Under the pieces are notes generated by a model, which worked only from the letters and a program-made list of their open reading frames with translations, searched no databases and was not told the origin of the DNA. A program made the position numbers and the translations under genes. Positions 29,372-38,738 of a DNA stretch of 64,000 nt are shown here, in pieces. The stretch comes from a virus (lineage: Duplodnaviria > Caudoviricetes). Position 1 is the first letter of the stretch. The number at the start of each line of letters is the position of its first letter. The stretch lies in the IMG/VR virus record IMGVR_UViG_3300026274_000001, one strand, 5' to 3'.

Positions 29372-30834
29372 GCTTTACTGTACCTAATATTATACCGTTT
29401 ACTTTACCGGCAATTCCACCACCATCGGTACTTTCGGCCACACTTACTGGTTTGGTTCCACCGGTACCTGATGCTGCCTTTTTGAATAAGGTATTGGATA
29501 TTTCCAGTACTGATTTCGTGCAGAAGACCGATGGTTTGTTTACCAATCCGTTGTTTGATCATATGAAGGTAGTCGATCAAGCTATTTCAAGTTTGAGTCC
29601 GCTGACTAGTTTGGCATCTGCTGCAGATGCTTTGCCAGGTGCTCCTGGTGGGGCATCAACCGCTTTGACTACCGTTGTGAGTCACATGAAAGATCTGACT
29701 ACTATGTTTAGTAATATGGCTACAAACATAGTACCAGTACAGCTTCCCATGAATCCATTGATCAAGAGTGCAGTTGGCTCCATGAGCAGTATTGGTTCGC
29801 AATCAGCAGAAGCAATGAAGAGTGTTACTCCGTTTGTTCAAAACCTTGGTATTCCGAGCATGGGCACGGTATTGAACCAAGCGAATTCTGAATTCAGCTT
29901 GAATCAACTTAGAGGACAAGTTGATGCCACTAACCCAGCACCATTGCTTGGTCATTACTCAGCGATGTTGAGTAGTATGGCGTCTACTGCTATGAACTTT
30001 TTGAAGACGGTCGAAAGCGCTATTGCCAATGTTATCACATCAGCAGTTACCGCATTCCATTCAGCTATTACTGGATTGTTGTCAACTGTGGAAAGTTCGA
30101 TTACTGCGTTTGCTGCCCCGATTGCCAGTTTTGGATCTGAAATGTTTAATTCTATTAAAACTCAGATGGCAACTGGGTTGTCAACCATGTTGCGACATAT
30201 GACTGAAGTTAATCCTACTTTGGCATTCAATATTACTGGTATGATTCCAACTATTCCAGGTGCTACTAATTTACCAAGTATTCCAACCACATTAGGTGGA
30301 TTCAGTGGATTAGCTACTGGAACTTTAGCAAGCACTTTGTCCCAATTTCCTAGCCCAGCAAAACAAGCCGCCACGTCTGTACCAGCACCAACACCGGTTA
30401 CTAATGCGGTGGTTACCGCGGTTGCTAAAACATCGCCTGATGCTACCGCCACCCAGTTACAAGCCATTGCCGCCCAAATTACTTTAGCAAAAAATGATGC
30501 CACTGCGGCATCGGCAGTGGCAGAAACGGCAGCTCAGGCCTTACAAGCGTATATGAGTGCTCAAAATTATGCGGCAATTAAGAATGCGCAATTTGACAGC
30601 CCCATTGCAACCGCCGCATATCAAAATGCGAAAACTGCACTGTTGGCTAGCCCGCAATATATTGCACTAGATGCAGCCAATAAAGATTATGAACAGAAAC
30701 GTGATGCATATGGTCAATTGATTGTAATTCAGGGCTATATGCAACGAAATGGTCCTTATCCTAGCAATCCAAATGGACCCTGGTACGCCAATGGTGCATT
30801 GCTTGTTTCACCACCTACCAATCCTGTTCTTTGA
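29368..30834 (+). CDS. Ala/Ser/Thr-rich helical protein, probably baseplate or tail associated
   Basis: 488 aa, ATGA-coupled to the PAAR gene. Confidence 0.6.
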   Translation: MSFTVPNIIPFTLPAIPPPSVLSATLTGLVPPVPDAAFLNKVLDISSTDFVQKTDGLFTNPLFDHMKVVDQAISSLSPLTSLASAADALPGAPGGASTALTTVVSHMKDLTTMFSNMATNIVPVQLPMNPLIKSAVGSMSSIGSQSAEAMKSVTPFVQNLGIPSMGTVLNQANSEFSLNQLRGQVDATNPAPLLGHYSAMLSSMASTAMNFLKTVESAIANVITSAVTAFHSAITGLLSTVESSITAFAAPIASFGSEMFNSIKTQMATGLSTMLRHMTEVNPTLAFNITGMIPTIPGATNLPSIPTTLGGFSGLATGTLASTLSQFPSPAKQAATSVPAPTPVTNAVVTAVAKTSPDATATQLQAIAAQITLAKNDATAASAVAETAAQALQAYMSAQNYAAIKNAQFDSPIATAAYQNAKTALLASPQYIALDAANKDYEQKRDAYGQLIVIQGYMQRNGPYPSNPNGPWYANGALLVSPPTNPVL

Positions 30835-30877
30835 ATATTTGCCAATTGTGTAGTACAATTGGCAAATCAATAAACGC

Positions 30878-31156
30878 ATGAAAGGAAATATGGCTGACAA
30901 CAACGACAACGATTTGCTGGCGAGGATTAGAGCTACCATTGATTTGATGGTAGCTATTACCAATTCTTACGAAGAAGGTGATATCACTCGTGAGGAAGCT
31001 GCAAAACAATTGACTGAATTGGAAGCAGACGTGAAAGTGTTAGATCCCAACTTTCCGATTCAAAATGCAGCAGCCACCCTTGATGATGTTGATCTTCGTA
31101 TTTCTGGTGTCAGTGACTATTACGAGTCATCTGAATACTTGGATGATGGTGAATAA
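30878..31156 (+). CDS. acidic hypothetical protein
   Basis: ORF after TTGAAT-N17-TACAAT promoter. Confidence 0.7.
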   Translation: MKGNMADNNDNDLLARIRATIDLMVAITNSYEEGDITREEAAKQLTELEADVKVLDPNFPIQNAAATLDDVDLRISGVSDYYESSEYLDDGE

Positions 31157-32085
31157 TGATGTTGCTGATCGGATCAAGAGCTGCCGCATACTGGGACGAC
31201 ACTTTTCGTAAACCGAAAGATGTCGACTTGATTGCACCGCTGATCGATATTCATAAGTGGGCAATGCTGAACAAAGATCATATTGAATATATGGTCCCGA
31301 CTTCACGTTGGAAGTTTAAGTGCAAGCTTAAGGATGGATTTCAAATTGAGATCGAAATTGCGGAAGAGAATCCAAGTTCGCAAATGTTATGGGACGATAG
31401 AGATTCGTTTCCAACAATATTGTTGGTTATTGGTAAGTTGCGATTTGAAGTAAAGGTGCCAACACCAGAAGTCCTTTACTGGATCAAGCGTAGTCACATT
31501 TACTGGAATGTGCATTGGTACAAGAATATTGCCGACTTGCATGAGCTTAAAGCTAGCTGCGAACGTGACGAATTGAATTACTGGGAAAAGATTTACACTG
31601 CAAGGCTGGCTGAAAATGAAGCAAAGTTTGGCCCTCGATTCACTGCGAAGCTTAATCAGCCTAATGATAAGTTCTTTGCCAAGTCAGAGAAATCTCTGAA
31701 ACGTCAATTTGAGCACGATGACTTGCATGAAATTGTGAAGTATTACGATCGTCCATTGTATGAACAATTCAAGGATGACAAAAGTAAGGCGATCATGAAC
31801 GTAGTTATGTTTCATAATGCAGATTATGAGAAGAAGCTTCGTTGTGTACGGGAAGAGGCGATGGTGATCGCGCTTGAACGTTACGTCATACCTGGCAATA
31901 TGTCAAATCCTGTAACGGCGTATCAACAAGCGCTGCGTCGAATTTGTACCAATCTCACTTCTGGTTGGTTTAGGGAATTTGCAATTGATCATTGGAATGA
32001 AATTAACGTACCAGATGTACCGTATGTGACATTGATGGAATTGGCGAAAGAGAAATTGAATGCGAATACTGCATTGGCATTATAA
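31156..32085 (+). CDS. putative Pol-beta-fold nucleotidyltransferase with helical C-terminal domain
   Basis: LIGSRA...KDVDLI (GS/DxD); KRSH; HDDLHE. Confidence 0.6.
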   Translation: MMLLIGSRAAAYWDDTFRKPKDVDLIAPLIDIHKWAMLNKDHIEYMVPTSRWKFKCKLKDGFQIEIEIAEENPSSQMLWDDRDSFPTILLVIGKLRFEVKVPTPEVLYWIKRSHIYWNVHWYKNIADLHELKASCERDELNYWEKIYTARLAENEAKFGPRFTAKLNQPNDKFFAKSEKSLKRQFEHDDLHEIVKYYDRPLYEQFKDDKSKAIMNVVMFHNADYEKKLRCVREEAMVIALERYVIPGNMSNPVTAYQQALRRICTNLTSGWFREFAIDHWNEINVPDVPYVTLMELAKEKLNANTALAL

Positions 32086-32359
32086 CGATGGTGTGCAACA
32101 GCATTATGATCTGCGATTGGGTGATTGGGTAGTAGAACCAGAAATTGAACAATCTGAAATTGGTTGGCATTGTTGGGTGTTTATGTCAAGTGACGAAACA
32201 CAGTTTTTCAATGACTGGTTGCAGTTACATATACGCAAGGGTTACGAAGCTATTTCTAGGTTTAATAGTGGCGACCCTATGACCACATTACAAATTGTTG
32301 ACGAAACTGAATCATTAAAATTTAAAGAATATTGGAGCGAATATTTTGACCCCTATTGA
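32060..32359 (+). CDS. FKLxW-family-like protein
   Basis: DWLQLH...QIVDETESLKFKEYW. Confidence 0.6.
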   Translation: MRILHWHYNDGVQQHYDLRLGDWVVEPEIEQSEIGWHCWVFMSSDETQFFNDWLQLHIRKGYEAISRFNSGDPMTTLQIVDETESLKFKEYWSEYFDPY

Positions 32360-32747
32360 ACGACATCACTTCGACTGTGACTGTGGTAGTGACGAACATA
32401 CTTTTAAATTTGCGTATGATCCAGATGATGGTGACTTGTATTTGTCAGTGTATCTGGATCAATATCGTACTTTCTTCCAACGTCTTGGTACTGCTATAAA
32501 GTATGCGTTTGGATATACTAGCAAGTGGGGCCATTGGGATACTACTATACTTTCACGTGACGATGCGGCGCGCCTGGCGGCACTCTGCCAGCGTTCTATT
32601 GTAGCTCGAGATGCGTATGTAGCCTCGCATACACAAGCTTCCAAAGCGTCTGTAGACGCGGCCGTAAGTGACGAAGAAATTGATACGCCCGACGCTGAAA
32701 ATCCACGTGGCTTTAATCGCATAGTGATCCCGGAAGTTCGAGGATAG
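32346..32747 (+). CDS. hypothetical protein
   Basis: CDCGSDEH motif. Confidence 0.7.
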   Translation: MTPIERHHFDCDCGSDEHTFKFAYDPDDGDLYLSVYLDQYRTFFQRLGTAIKYAFGYTSKWGHWDTTILSRDDAARLAALCQRSIVARDAYVASHTQASKASVDAAVSDEEIDTPDAENPRGFNRIVIPEVRG

Positions 32748-32766
32748 TAAACAGTAACACTGTTAC

Positions 32767-32792
32767 AAAAAGCCACCGTAGGGTGGCTTTTT
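32767..32792 (+). terminator. intrinsic terminator
   Basis: AAAAAGCCACC-GTAG-GGTGGCTTTTT. Confidence 0.8.
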
Positions 32793-32859
32793 ATTTTGCC
32801 AAACATTTGACATTTGGCACATTGAGCATAGAATATGTGTCTGGCAACCAGGAGACAAC

Positions 32860-33093
32860 ATGCATGATCAACAAGACTTTCTCATCGCGCACGGATGTAC
32901 AACGACAGAAGAATATGATCGCAAGCGATTCTTCGAATGGGTCGATGCTCTGGAAGACGAATACGGTCGTAAAGAGCGAATGGTTGTCCCCCGTCAAAGA
33001 CACCAAGGTGTCATCATTCAACCGATCGAATCAATCGTTCGCCGCAAGCCGAAAAAAGTAAATCACCCAGTACAACGATCAGCCACACAATGA
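32860..33093 (+). CDS. hypothetical protein
   Basis: GGAG RBS; TTGACA-N16-TAGAAT promoter at 32807-32834. Confidence 0.7.
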   Translation: MHDQQDFLIAHGCTTTEEYDRKRFFEWVDALEDEYGRKERMVVPRQRHQGVIIQPIESIVRRKPKKVNHPVQRSATQ

Positions 33094-33123
33094 TCAATAG
33101 TCAGTACCACATGACTAACGTAC

Positions 33124-33152
33124 TTGACATATCGCCATTGTTATAGTATTAT
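33124..33152 (+). promoter_or_regulatory. sigma70 promoter for tmRNA
   Basis: TTGACA-N17-TATTAT. Confidence 0.75.
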
Positions 33153-33158
33153 GTTTCC

Positions 33159-33477
33159 TTGATGCTGTTGACCTTTAGTGGAATAGATTGTTTGGACGGC
33201 GGTTCGATTCCGCCCATCTCCACCACAACAGCCTTTGTAGTTTAGCAATAGACAGGTCTAGGCGGCGCATTGATAAAGCGCATGGGTGCATGATCGAAAG
33301 GGCTGTTATGATGGGGATGACCAGGTTTCGACAGGCGATGACAAAGACTAAACTAGGTATCCGTTGAGATGACGCTCGTAAAGCGCATAAATTTGTAAAT
33401 GCAAACGATAACTCGTTCGCCATCGCCGCTTAAAAACCGGTAAGGCTGAGGGTGGTCCCCTTATAACTGAATAACCC
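33159..33477 (+). ncRNA. ssrA: circularly permuted (two-piece) tmRNA
   Basis: acceptor piece ending GGCGG-TTCGATT-CCGCC-CATCTCC-ACCA (33225) precedes coding piece starting GGGGATG (33313); G3:U70 pair; tag ANDNSFAIAA-stop at 33401-33433; outer ends approximate. Confidence 0.92.
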
Positions 33478-33501
33478 AAAAGACGCCGCAAGGCGTCTTT
33501 T
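33478..33501 (+). terminator. intrinsic terminator after tmRNA
   Basis: AAAAGACGCC-GCAA-GGCGTCTTTT. Confidence 0.85.
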
Positions 33502-33610
33502 GCCATGTGGCAATTGAACCATTTTGTTAAGTAGTTGCGCATTCAAGTTGGCTATGTAGAATGGGAACTCCCGAAGTTGATTGGGGAAACGGTACAACTA
33601 GGAGAAGTCA

Positions 33611-33775
33611 ATGACGAATCAACAGCAGTCAGGGCAGAACCAAAATCCGAATCAAGATCCAAGCAAGCAGGACCAGTCTGGTCAACAACAGCAACGACCG
33701 GATCAACAGCACGAAAAGAGGGATCCGAATCAACAACAACCCAACCAGAAGCCGGGCCAACAAGAAAAGATGTAA
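33611..33775 (+). CDS. 54-aa Gln/Asn/Pro-rich hydrophilic peptide (not in ORF track)
   Basis: GGAG RBS; MTNQQQSGQNQNPNQDPSKQDQSGQQQQRPDQQHEKRDPNQQQPNQKPGQQEKM; hairpin at ~33801-33828. Confidence 0.65.
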   Translation: MTNQQQSGQNQNPNQDPSKQDQSGQQQQRPDQQHEKRDPNQQQPNQKPGQQEKM

Positions 33776-33860
33776 CCACTTACTGATGTAAGTTGATGAC
33801 GAGCCTCCGCTGTTAGGGGGCTCGTTTGCTATCACGTTTCATAACTGCAAGGTGTAATCG

Positions 33861-34337
33861 ATGTTGGCATCAGCTTATGAGCGAGTATTACAGTTGAATG
33901 ACACGATTGTTGATATGCAATTATCAACATTCAAAACTATGTTCAATGCAATTAACTTATGGACTTGTGGCACGCTGGGGCCTTGTGCTCCGGTAATGGA
34001 TAAAGTATGTGAGCTTTATGAAGTATCGGTTCGTAGTTCTACTACCATGTTGATGCGCGCTACCCCGGGCACTGTTCGCCCGTCTAGGAGCGTAGACCAA
34101 GTAGTCACGCAGGAAGAACAAGGCCCCCTTACTACGGAGAACGCTATTATGCCAAGACCAACTCATGACTATTCCAATCTTAGAGCAGCAACGCAGGACG
34201 ATCATGCGCAAAGTATCATAGACAATGATGCTTATTGGAATAGTGGTCTTCAGGGCTCAAATGCGAAATCACCAAATAAGATGGGAACTGATCGAGAACG
34301 AACTAGATTTGACCAGCTGTTGAACAACGAGGAATAA
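33861..34337 (+). CDS. helical protein, paralog of 34484
   Basis: QLSTFKTMFNAINLWTCGTLGP aligns with QVSAARAIFNLSNIWTLGSLTP. Confidence 0.65.
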   Translation: MLASAYERVLQLNDTIVDMQLSTFKTMFNAINLWTCGTLGPCAPVMDKVCELYEVSVRSSTTMLMRATPGTVRPSRSVDQVVTQEEQGPLTTENAIMPRPTHDYSNLRAATQDDHAQSIIDNDAYWNSGLQGSNAKSPNKMGTDRERTRFDQLLNNEE

Positions 34338-34483
34338 CTAAGTTACTGATTGTCAAAAGGTCGTGTAGTTTTCGGCCTTTTAACTTATGTGGTTGTAACC
34401 ATTAGGTGTAAACGTTGCAATTTCATATTGATTATATAGAGTAAGATTACCGCTAATGTTGGCGGTGCTATTGGAGAATTGAT

Positions 34484-34912
34484 ATGAATCAACAAAGCCA
34501 TCAGCAAAACAACCAACAAGCCAATCAGCAAGGTTTTCAACAAAACCTTGATGAGAGTATAGAAACTGCTCAGCAATTGAGTCATGAGGCTCGTACCATT
34601 GCTCAGCAGATGGCATCTGCTCAAGTTTCTGCTGCTCGTGCAATTTTCAATCTTTCCAATATTTGGACACTAGGCAGCCTAACACCATTGGCTAGTCGGT
34701 TCGAAGAAGGGTTGGGTCTCTATGCTAGAACTTTAGAGCAAGTACACGATACAACGCAGCAAACTATTGATCAGCATGCGACGCAGTACAAAAATACGGC
34801 AAAACAGGGTGCTAGTTGGGCTGCATCAAATTCACAACAGCCGCAATCAGAACAAGGTCGCACCGGGGAACAAAAAGATGCCAGCCGGCTTTACGAACGT
34901 CAAACTTCATAA
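34484..34912 (+). CDS. Gln-rich helical (phasin-like) protein
   Basis: GGAG RBS; amphipathic helices; terminator at 34948-34978. Confidence 0.65.
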   Translation: MNQQSHQQNNQQANQQGFQQNLDESIETAQQLSHEARTIAQQMASAQVSAARAIFNLSNIWTLGSLTPLASRFEEGLGLYARTLEQVHDTTQQTIDQHATQYKNTAKQGASWAASNSQQPQSEQGRTGEQKDASRLYERQTS

Positions 34913-34990
34913 AGACTATCGCTGCACCGCAGTATTGTAATTAAATGAGCGAGCTGCTATTATGGCAGCTCGCTTTTCATTGGAGCTGAC

Positions 34991-35209
34991 ATGTCAGTTA
35001 GAGTTATATACCCTAAGGGTGATCGTGGTAAGCTAGATACTGCATGGGTTCAAGACTACGAAGAGAGCGATTGGGCGATAGCCTCTCGCCGGACTTTCAC
35101 CGAATATGAGGCGGCGAGGGAATACGCTATTGAATTAGCGACGCTGCATAACCTCAAATATGTGGGGGTAGTGCCCGCTGGTTGTAAACTACACGATTAC
35201 TTGGATTGA
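34991..35209 (+). CDS. hypothetical protein
   Basis: GGAG RBS. Confidence 0.7.
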   Translation: MSVRVIYPKGDRGKLDTAWVQDYEESDWAIASRRTFTEYEAAREYAIELATLHNLKYVGVVPAGCKLHDYLD

Positions 35210-35652
35210 CTATGGAACTAACAATACAAGAAGAACGAGGACAGCGTAACTCATGGCAAGGTGAAATCCTGCTGATGCATGGTGACGCTGACGTATTTGA
35301 AACTCTGTGGATCATGCTAGCCAATGAAGAAGAGGCTCGTTTGCTAGTTCGATGTTTCAATGAAATTCTGTACAACTACGCTGCTGGCTGGCATGATCCT
35401 GAATGTCATTTGGAAGATATTGCTGCTCGACTATCAGCATTGTTGAATGAACCGCAAGCCGATATTGAAGCATTGCTTGAACACTTCTGCTATGAAGACT
35501 TGGGGTTTAATGGTAGTGGATCAACTGCCCCCGTTATTCGTCTGCGCTTGCATTACTTTGACAAGCATGGCGTGCCGCATAGAGTTATTATTGACGGGAA
35601 GGATGAAATCGTCGATAAAAAAGCCAGCATAGCTTCATATTCACATAGATAA
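35206..35652 (+). CDS. hypothetical protein, paralog of 35697
   Basis: LRLHYFDKHG...IDGKDEIV. Confidence 0.7.
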   Translation: MTMELTIQEERGQRNSWQGEILLMHGDADVFETLWIMLANEEEARLLVRCFNEILYNYAAGWHDPECHLEDIAARLSALLNEPQADIEALLEHFCYEDLGFNGSGSTAPVIRLRLHYFDKHGVPHRVIIDGKDEIVDKKASIASYSHR

Positions 35653-35696
35653 AATCTAGCTATGGTTGCACCAAAATAATTATAACGAGACTACGA

Positions 35697-36158
35697 TTGA
35701 TGAAATTTGATTTGACTCCATTTACCGCTACACCAGAAACATGGCAAGCTGAGTTGTTGTTTAAGTATGATCGCCCGTATCAAATGTGCGACACCCGATT
35801 TTACCTGTTTGAGACTGAAGATCAAGCTTTGGTATTTGCAAAAGTATGTGAATATCTCATCAAGCACCTTTACTCAGTTGCAGAAGATATTGGTTGGGAC
35901 GATGACCATCGAGACCTGTATACTGAAGCCATTGCAACAGCTACAATGTTACAGCATGAAGATGTATGGCAGATTTTCCAGAATTATGACATGCGACCTG
36001 CAATTGGTGACTACGATGATTCATATCCTATGTCACGTTTGCTTCGCCTCAAGATGCATTACTTTGATGAACACGGGCATCATCAAGCAGTATACATTGA
36101 TGGACAGACTGAGATAGTTGGTAATTTTTGTCCCCCAGAAATTAGCAGCTTTCAATAA
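35697..36158 (+). CDS. hypothetical protein, paralog of 35206
   Basis: LKMHYFDEHG...IDGQTEIV. Confidence 0.7.
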   Translation: MMKFDLTPFTATPETWQAELLFKYDRPYQMCDTRFYLFETEDQALVFAKVCEYLIKHLYSVAEDIGWDDDHRDLYTEAIATATMLQHEDVWQIFQNYDMRPAIGDYDDSYPMSRLLRLKMHYFDEHGHHQAVYIDGQTEIVGNFCPPEISSFQ

Positions 36159-36220
36159 GCAATAAGTTGCTTGAATAGCCATATGAGTTTATCATATGGC
36201 TATCGCTATTTGGAGGCTAT

Positions 36221-36679
36221 ATGGAACAACTTGATGCAGACATTCAAGCATTACTTGATGAGCGAGCAAGAACGATGCTCGACTTTACTGAGGATCACCG
36301 GCCCCTCAACATGTATGCAATCTATCGCGCTGATCTTGAAATGACAGCACCAAAGCTCGCTGCGCAAACCGGACACGCGTTTCTCAATGCCTGGGTCAAA
36401 GCTAGTAAACAACGTCCTGAGATTGCAAATGAGCTTACGTACATGGGAACGGGCGAAGGCACGAAGATTCTCATGTACGCGAAGAATCTTAATCAATTGA
36501 TTCGTGCATATCGTGACTGCCAAGCAGCAAATATTCCGCATGCTTTGATCATTGATCGTGGGCATGTCATGCTTCCGCATTTTACTGGTAAGCCTATCAT
36601 TACTGCTTTGGGTATTGGCCCTGCTTATCGTGATGAGATAGCTCATATCACGAAGCGTTATACGATGGCAAAAAACTAA
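36221..36679 (+). CDS. Pth2-type peptidyl-tRNA hydrolase
   Basis: YRADLEMTAPKLAAQTGHA, TKI, IIDRG, TALGIGP. Confidence 0.8.
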   Translation: MEQLDADIQALLDERARTMLDFTEDHRPLNMYAIYRADLEMTAPKLAAQTGHAFLNAWVKASKQRPEIANELTYMGTGEGTKILMYAKNLNQLIRAYRDCQAANIPHALIIDRGHVMLPHFTGKPIITALGIGPAYRDEIAHITKRYTMAKN

Positions 36680-36742
36680 CGCTTGCTCCTATTGCCATAT
36701 GAATATATCATTATGACATGGTAAACAACTGCGGAGAAACAA

Positions 36743-37144
36743 ATGACGGTGAAGTTCACGGAATTCAACAACGCAAATCTCTCGTTCTTGCGTGATGATA
36801 TTAATGCTGAATTGAAAGCACTTGGTGAAAAGTACGGAATTACACTTCATGTCGGAAACGCAAGATTCTCTCCGACCGCTAGCACGTTCAAACTTGAAGT
36901 GGCTATTGATGGTGAAAAGACACTCAAGGCAGCCAGAACCGAAAATATGCTCGACCTTTACGGCGACTTGTATATCAAGAATTTTGATAGCAAAGCAACT
37001 TATAGCTTCAAGGGCATTGGTGACTTCCAGTTTGTGGGATACAATACGCGAGCACGTAAGAACCCTTTCGAAGTCAAGCAACTCAGCAGCGGTAAGATTT
37101 ACGTATTGACTACCGATCAAGCATCTATGGCAACAAAGAAGTAA
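36743..37144 (+). CDS. hypothetical protein
   Basis: GGAG RBS; promoter-like TATCAT upstream. Confidence 0.75.
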   Translation: MTVKFTEFNNANLSFLRDDINAELKALGEKYGITLHVGNARFSPTASTFKLEVAIDGEKTLKAARTENMLDLYGDLYIKNFDSKATYSFKGIGDFQFVGYNTRARKNPFEVKQLSSGKIYVLTTDQASMATKK

Positions 37145-37220
37145 CTAGGCAACTTGCCACTTTATCAGTAGAATGACCTCTATAGAAACCCTATAGAGGT
37201 TTCATTTTATTGGAAAAAAG

Positions 37221-38210
37221 ATGCATTCAAAACTTATTATCGTGGGAAGTGGTCCCGCTGGTTGGACTGCTGCTCTGTATGCGGCTCGTGCAGGCTTGAA
37301 ACCATTAGTTATTACCGGTCATGAAAAAGGTGGTCAGCTTATGACAACTACCACAGTTGATAACTGGCCTGGTGATGTTGCTGGTCTCATGGGTCCTGAT
37401 CTGATGCAACGATTGGAAGATCATGCGGTCCGCTTTGGTGCAACTGTAGTCCTGGATCAAGTGGTAGATGTGCAGTTCGCTACAAAGCCCTACACCTTAG
37501 TGACTGAAACGGCCGACGTTTACACCTGTGATGCAATGATCATCGCAACTGGTGCATCGGCACAATATCTCGGATTGCCATCAGAACAAGAATTCTTGGG
37601 ACGTGGGGTATCTGGATGTGCAACATGCGATGGTTTCTTCTACGAAGGCCAGGAAGTTGCCGTTGTGGGTGGTGGTAATACTGCCGTGGAAGAAGCAATT
37701 TACTTGTCAAACATTGCCAGTAAGGTGCATTTGATTCATCGTCGTGATAAGTTCAAAGCTGAACAAATCATGATTGACTTGCTGATGGATAAAGTAGCCA
37801 GCGGTAAGATCGAATTGCATTTGAATGAAAATGTTGTAGAAATCGTAGGGGATGACACTGGAGTAACAGGTGTTGCCTTGCGTGGCACCAGCAATCTTGT
37901 TCAAGGATTCAATATTCTTGATGTCAAGGGTGTGTTTATTGCTATTGGTCACAAACCAAACACCGACTTGTTCAAGGGTAAGGGTAAGGTATACTTGGAT
38001 AGTTTTGGGTTCATCCTGACAACTAAAACTATGGCATTCCAAACAGGCACGGGGCAACCTGGTGTCTTTGCTTGTGGTGATGTAGCAGATCCAACTTATC
38101 GTCAAGCTATCACCAGTGCTGGTAGTGGTTGCCAAGCAGCTCTTGATGCTGCTCGATACTTGGAACAAGAATCAGGCTTTAATGTATCAACATTGCAACG
38201 AATGAAATAA
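37221..38210 (+). CDS. trxB: thioredoxin reductase
   Basis: GSGPAG, GGQL, CATCDG, GGGNTA, HRRD, GDV, QAITSAG. Confidence 0.95.
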   Translation: MHSKLIIVGSGPAGWTAALYAARAGLKPLVITGHEKGGQLMTTTTVDNWPGDVAGLMGPDLMQRLEDHAVRFGATVVLDQVVDVQFATKPYTLVTETADVYTCDAMIIATGASAQYLGLPSEQEFLGRGVSGCATCDGFFYEGQEVAVVGGGNTAVEEAIYLSNIASKVHLIHRRDKFKAEQIMIDLLMDKVASGKIELHLNENVVEIVGDDTGVTGVALRGTSNLVQGFNILDVKGVFIAIGHKPNTDLFKGKGKVYLDSFGFILTTKTMAFQTGTGQPGVFACGDVADPTYRQAITSAGSGCQAALDAARYLEQESGFNVSTLQRMK

Positions 38211-38299
38211 ATAATTGCACAACGGGAAGTTTCATGCTAGAGTACAAACACTGCATGAAACTTCATGTAGCCCGTTTTAAATTAACTGGAGAATCCAAA

Positions 38300-38738
38300 A
38301 TGAACACAGCTATGCAGTAGGTTCTGTAGCCCCCTCGAATTTCATACTCCCACGGAGAATGAAGAGGATCCTTATCGTCTGATTGCCGTCATTCGCGGTG
38401 ACCTCGATATGCCGTCCGGTAAGCTTGCATCTCAAGCTGGACATGCGTATCTCAATTCCTTTTTAAAATCGCAACAAGAACGTCCTGATATCGCTGAATT
38501 TTACCAGCGTGATGGTATTGGCACGAAGCTTTGTCTTGAAGCCAAGAATCAAGACGCACTCTTGAAAGCCTACCATGCGGTTCAAGCTGCTGGTATCCCC
38601 TGTTCGTTGATCATCGACGAACATCATGTTTTACCTCCCCACTTCGATGGAAGCCCAATCATTACCGCACTCGGTATTGGTCCAGCTCGCAAGCACGAAG
38701 TTCATCAAATCACGAAGAGGTTCAAATTATGCCAATAA
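38300..38738 (+). pseudogene. second Pth2-type peptidyl-tRNA hydrolase with apparent frameshift just after the start codon
   Basis: YRLIAVIRGDLDMPSGKLASQAGHA lies upstream of track start 38409; the RBS-linked ATG at 38300 is out of frame by one base. Confidence 0.6.

Noticed and set aside
33175-33423. Minus-strand ORF containing WWRWAESNRRP
   Set aside because: Classic antisense shadow of the tmRNA acceptor and T arm
33535-33786. Track ORFs 33535-33786 (+) and 33552-33779 (-)
   Set aside because: Alternative frames of the RBS-supported Gln-rich ORF at 33611-33775
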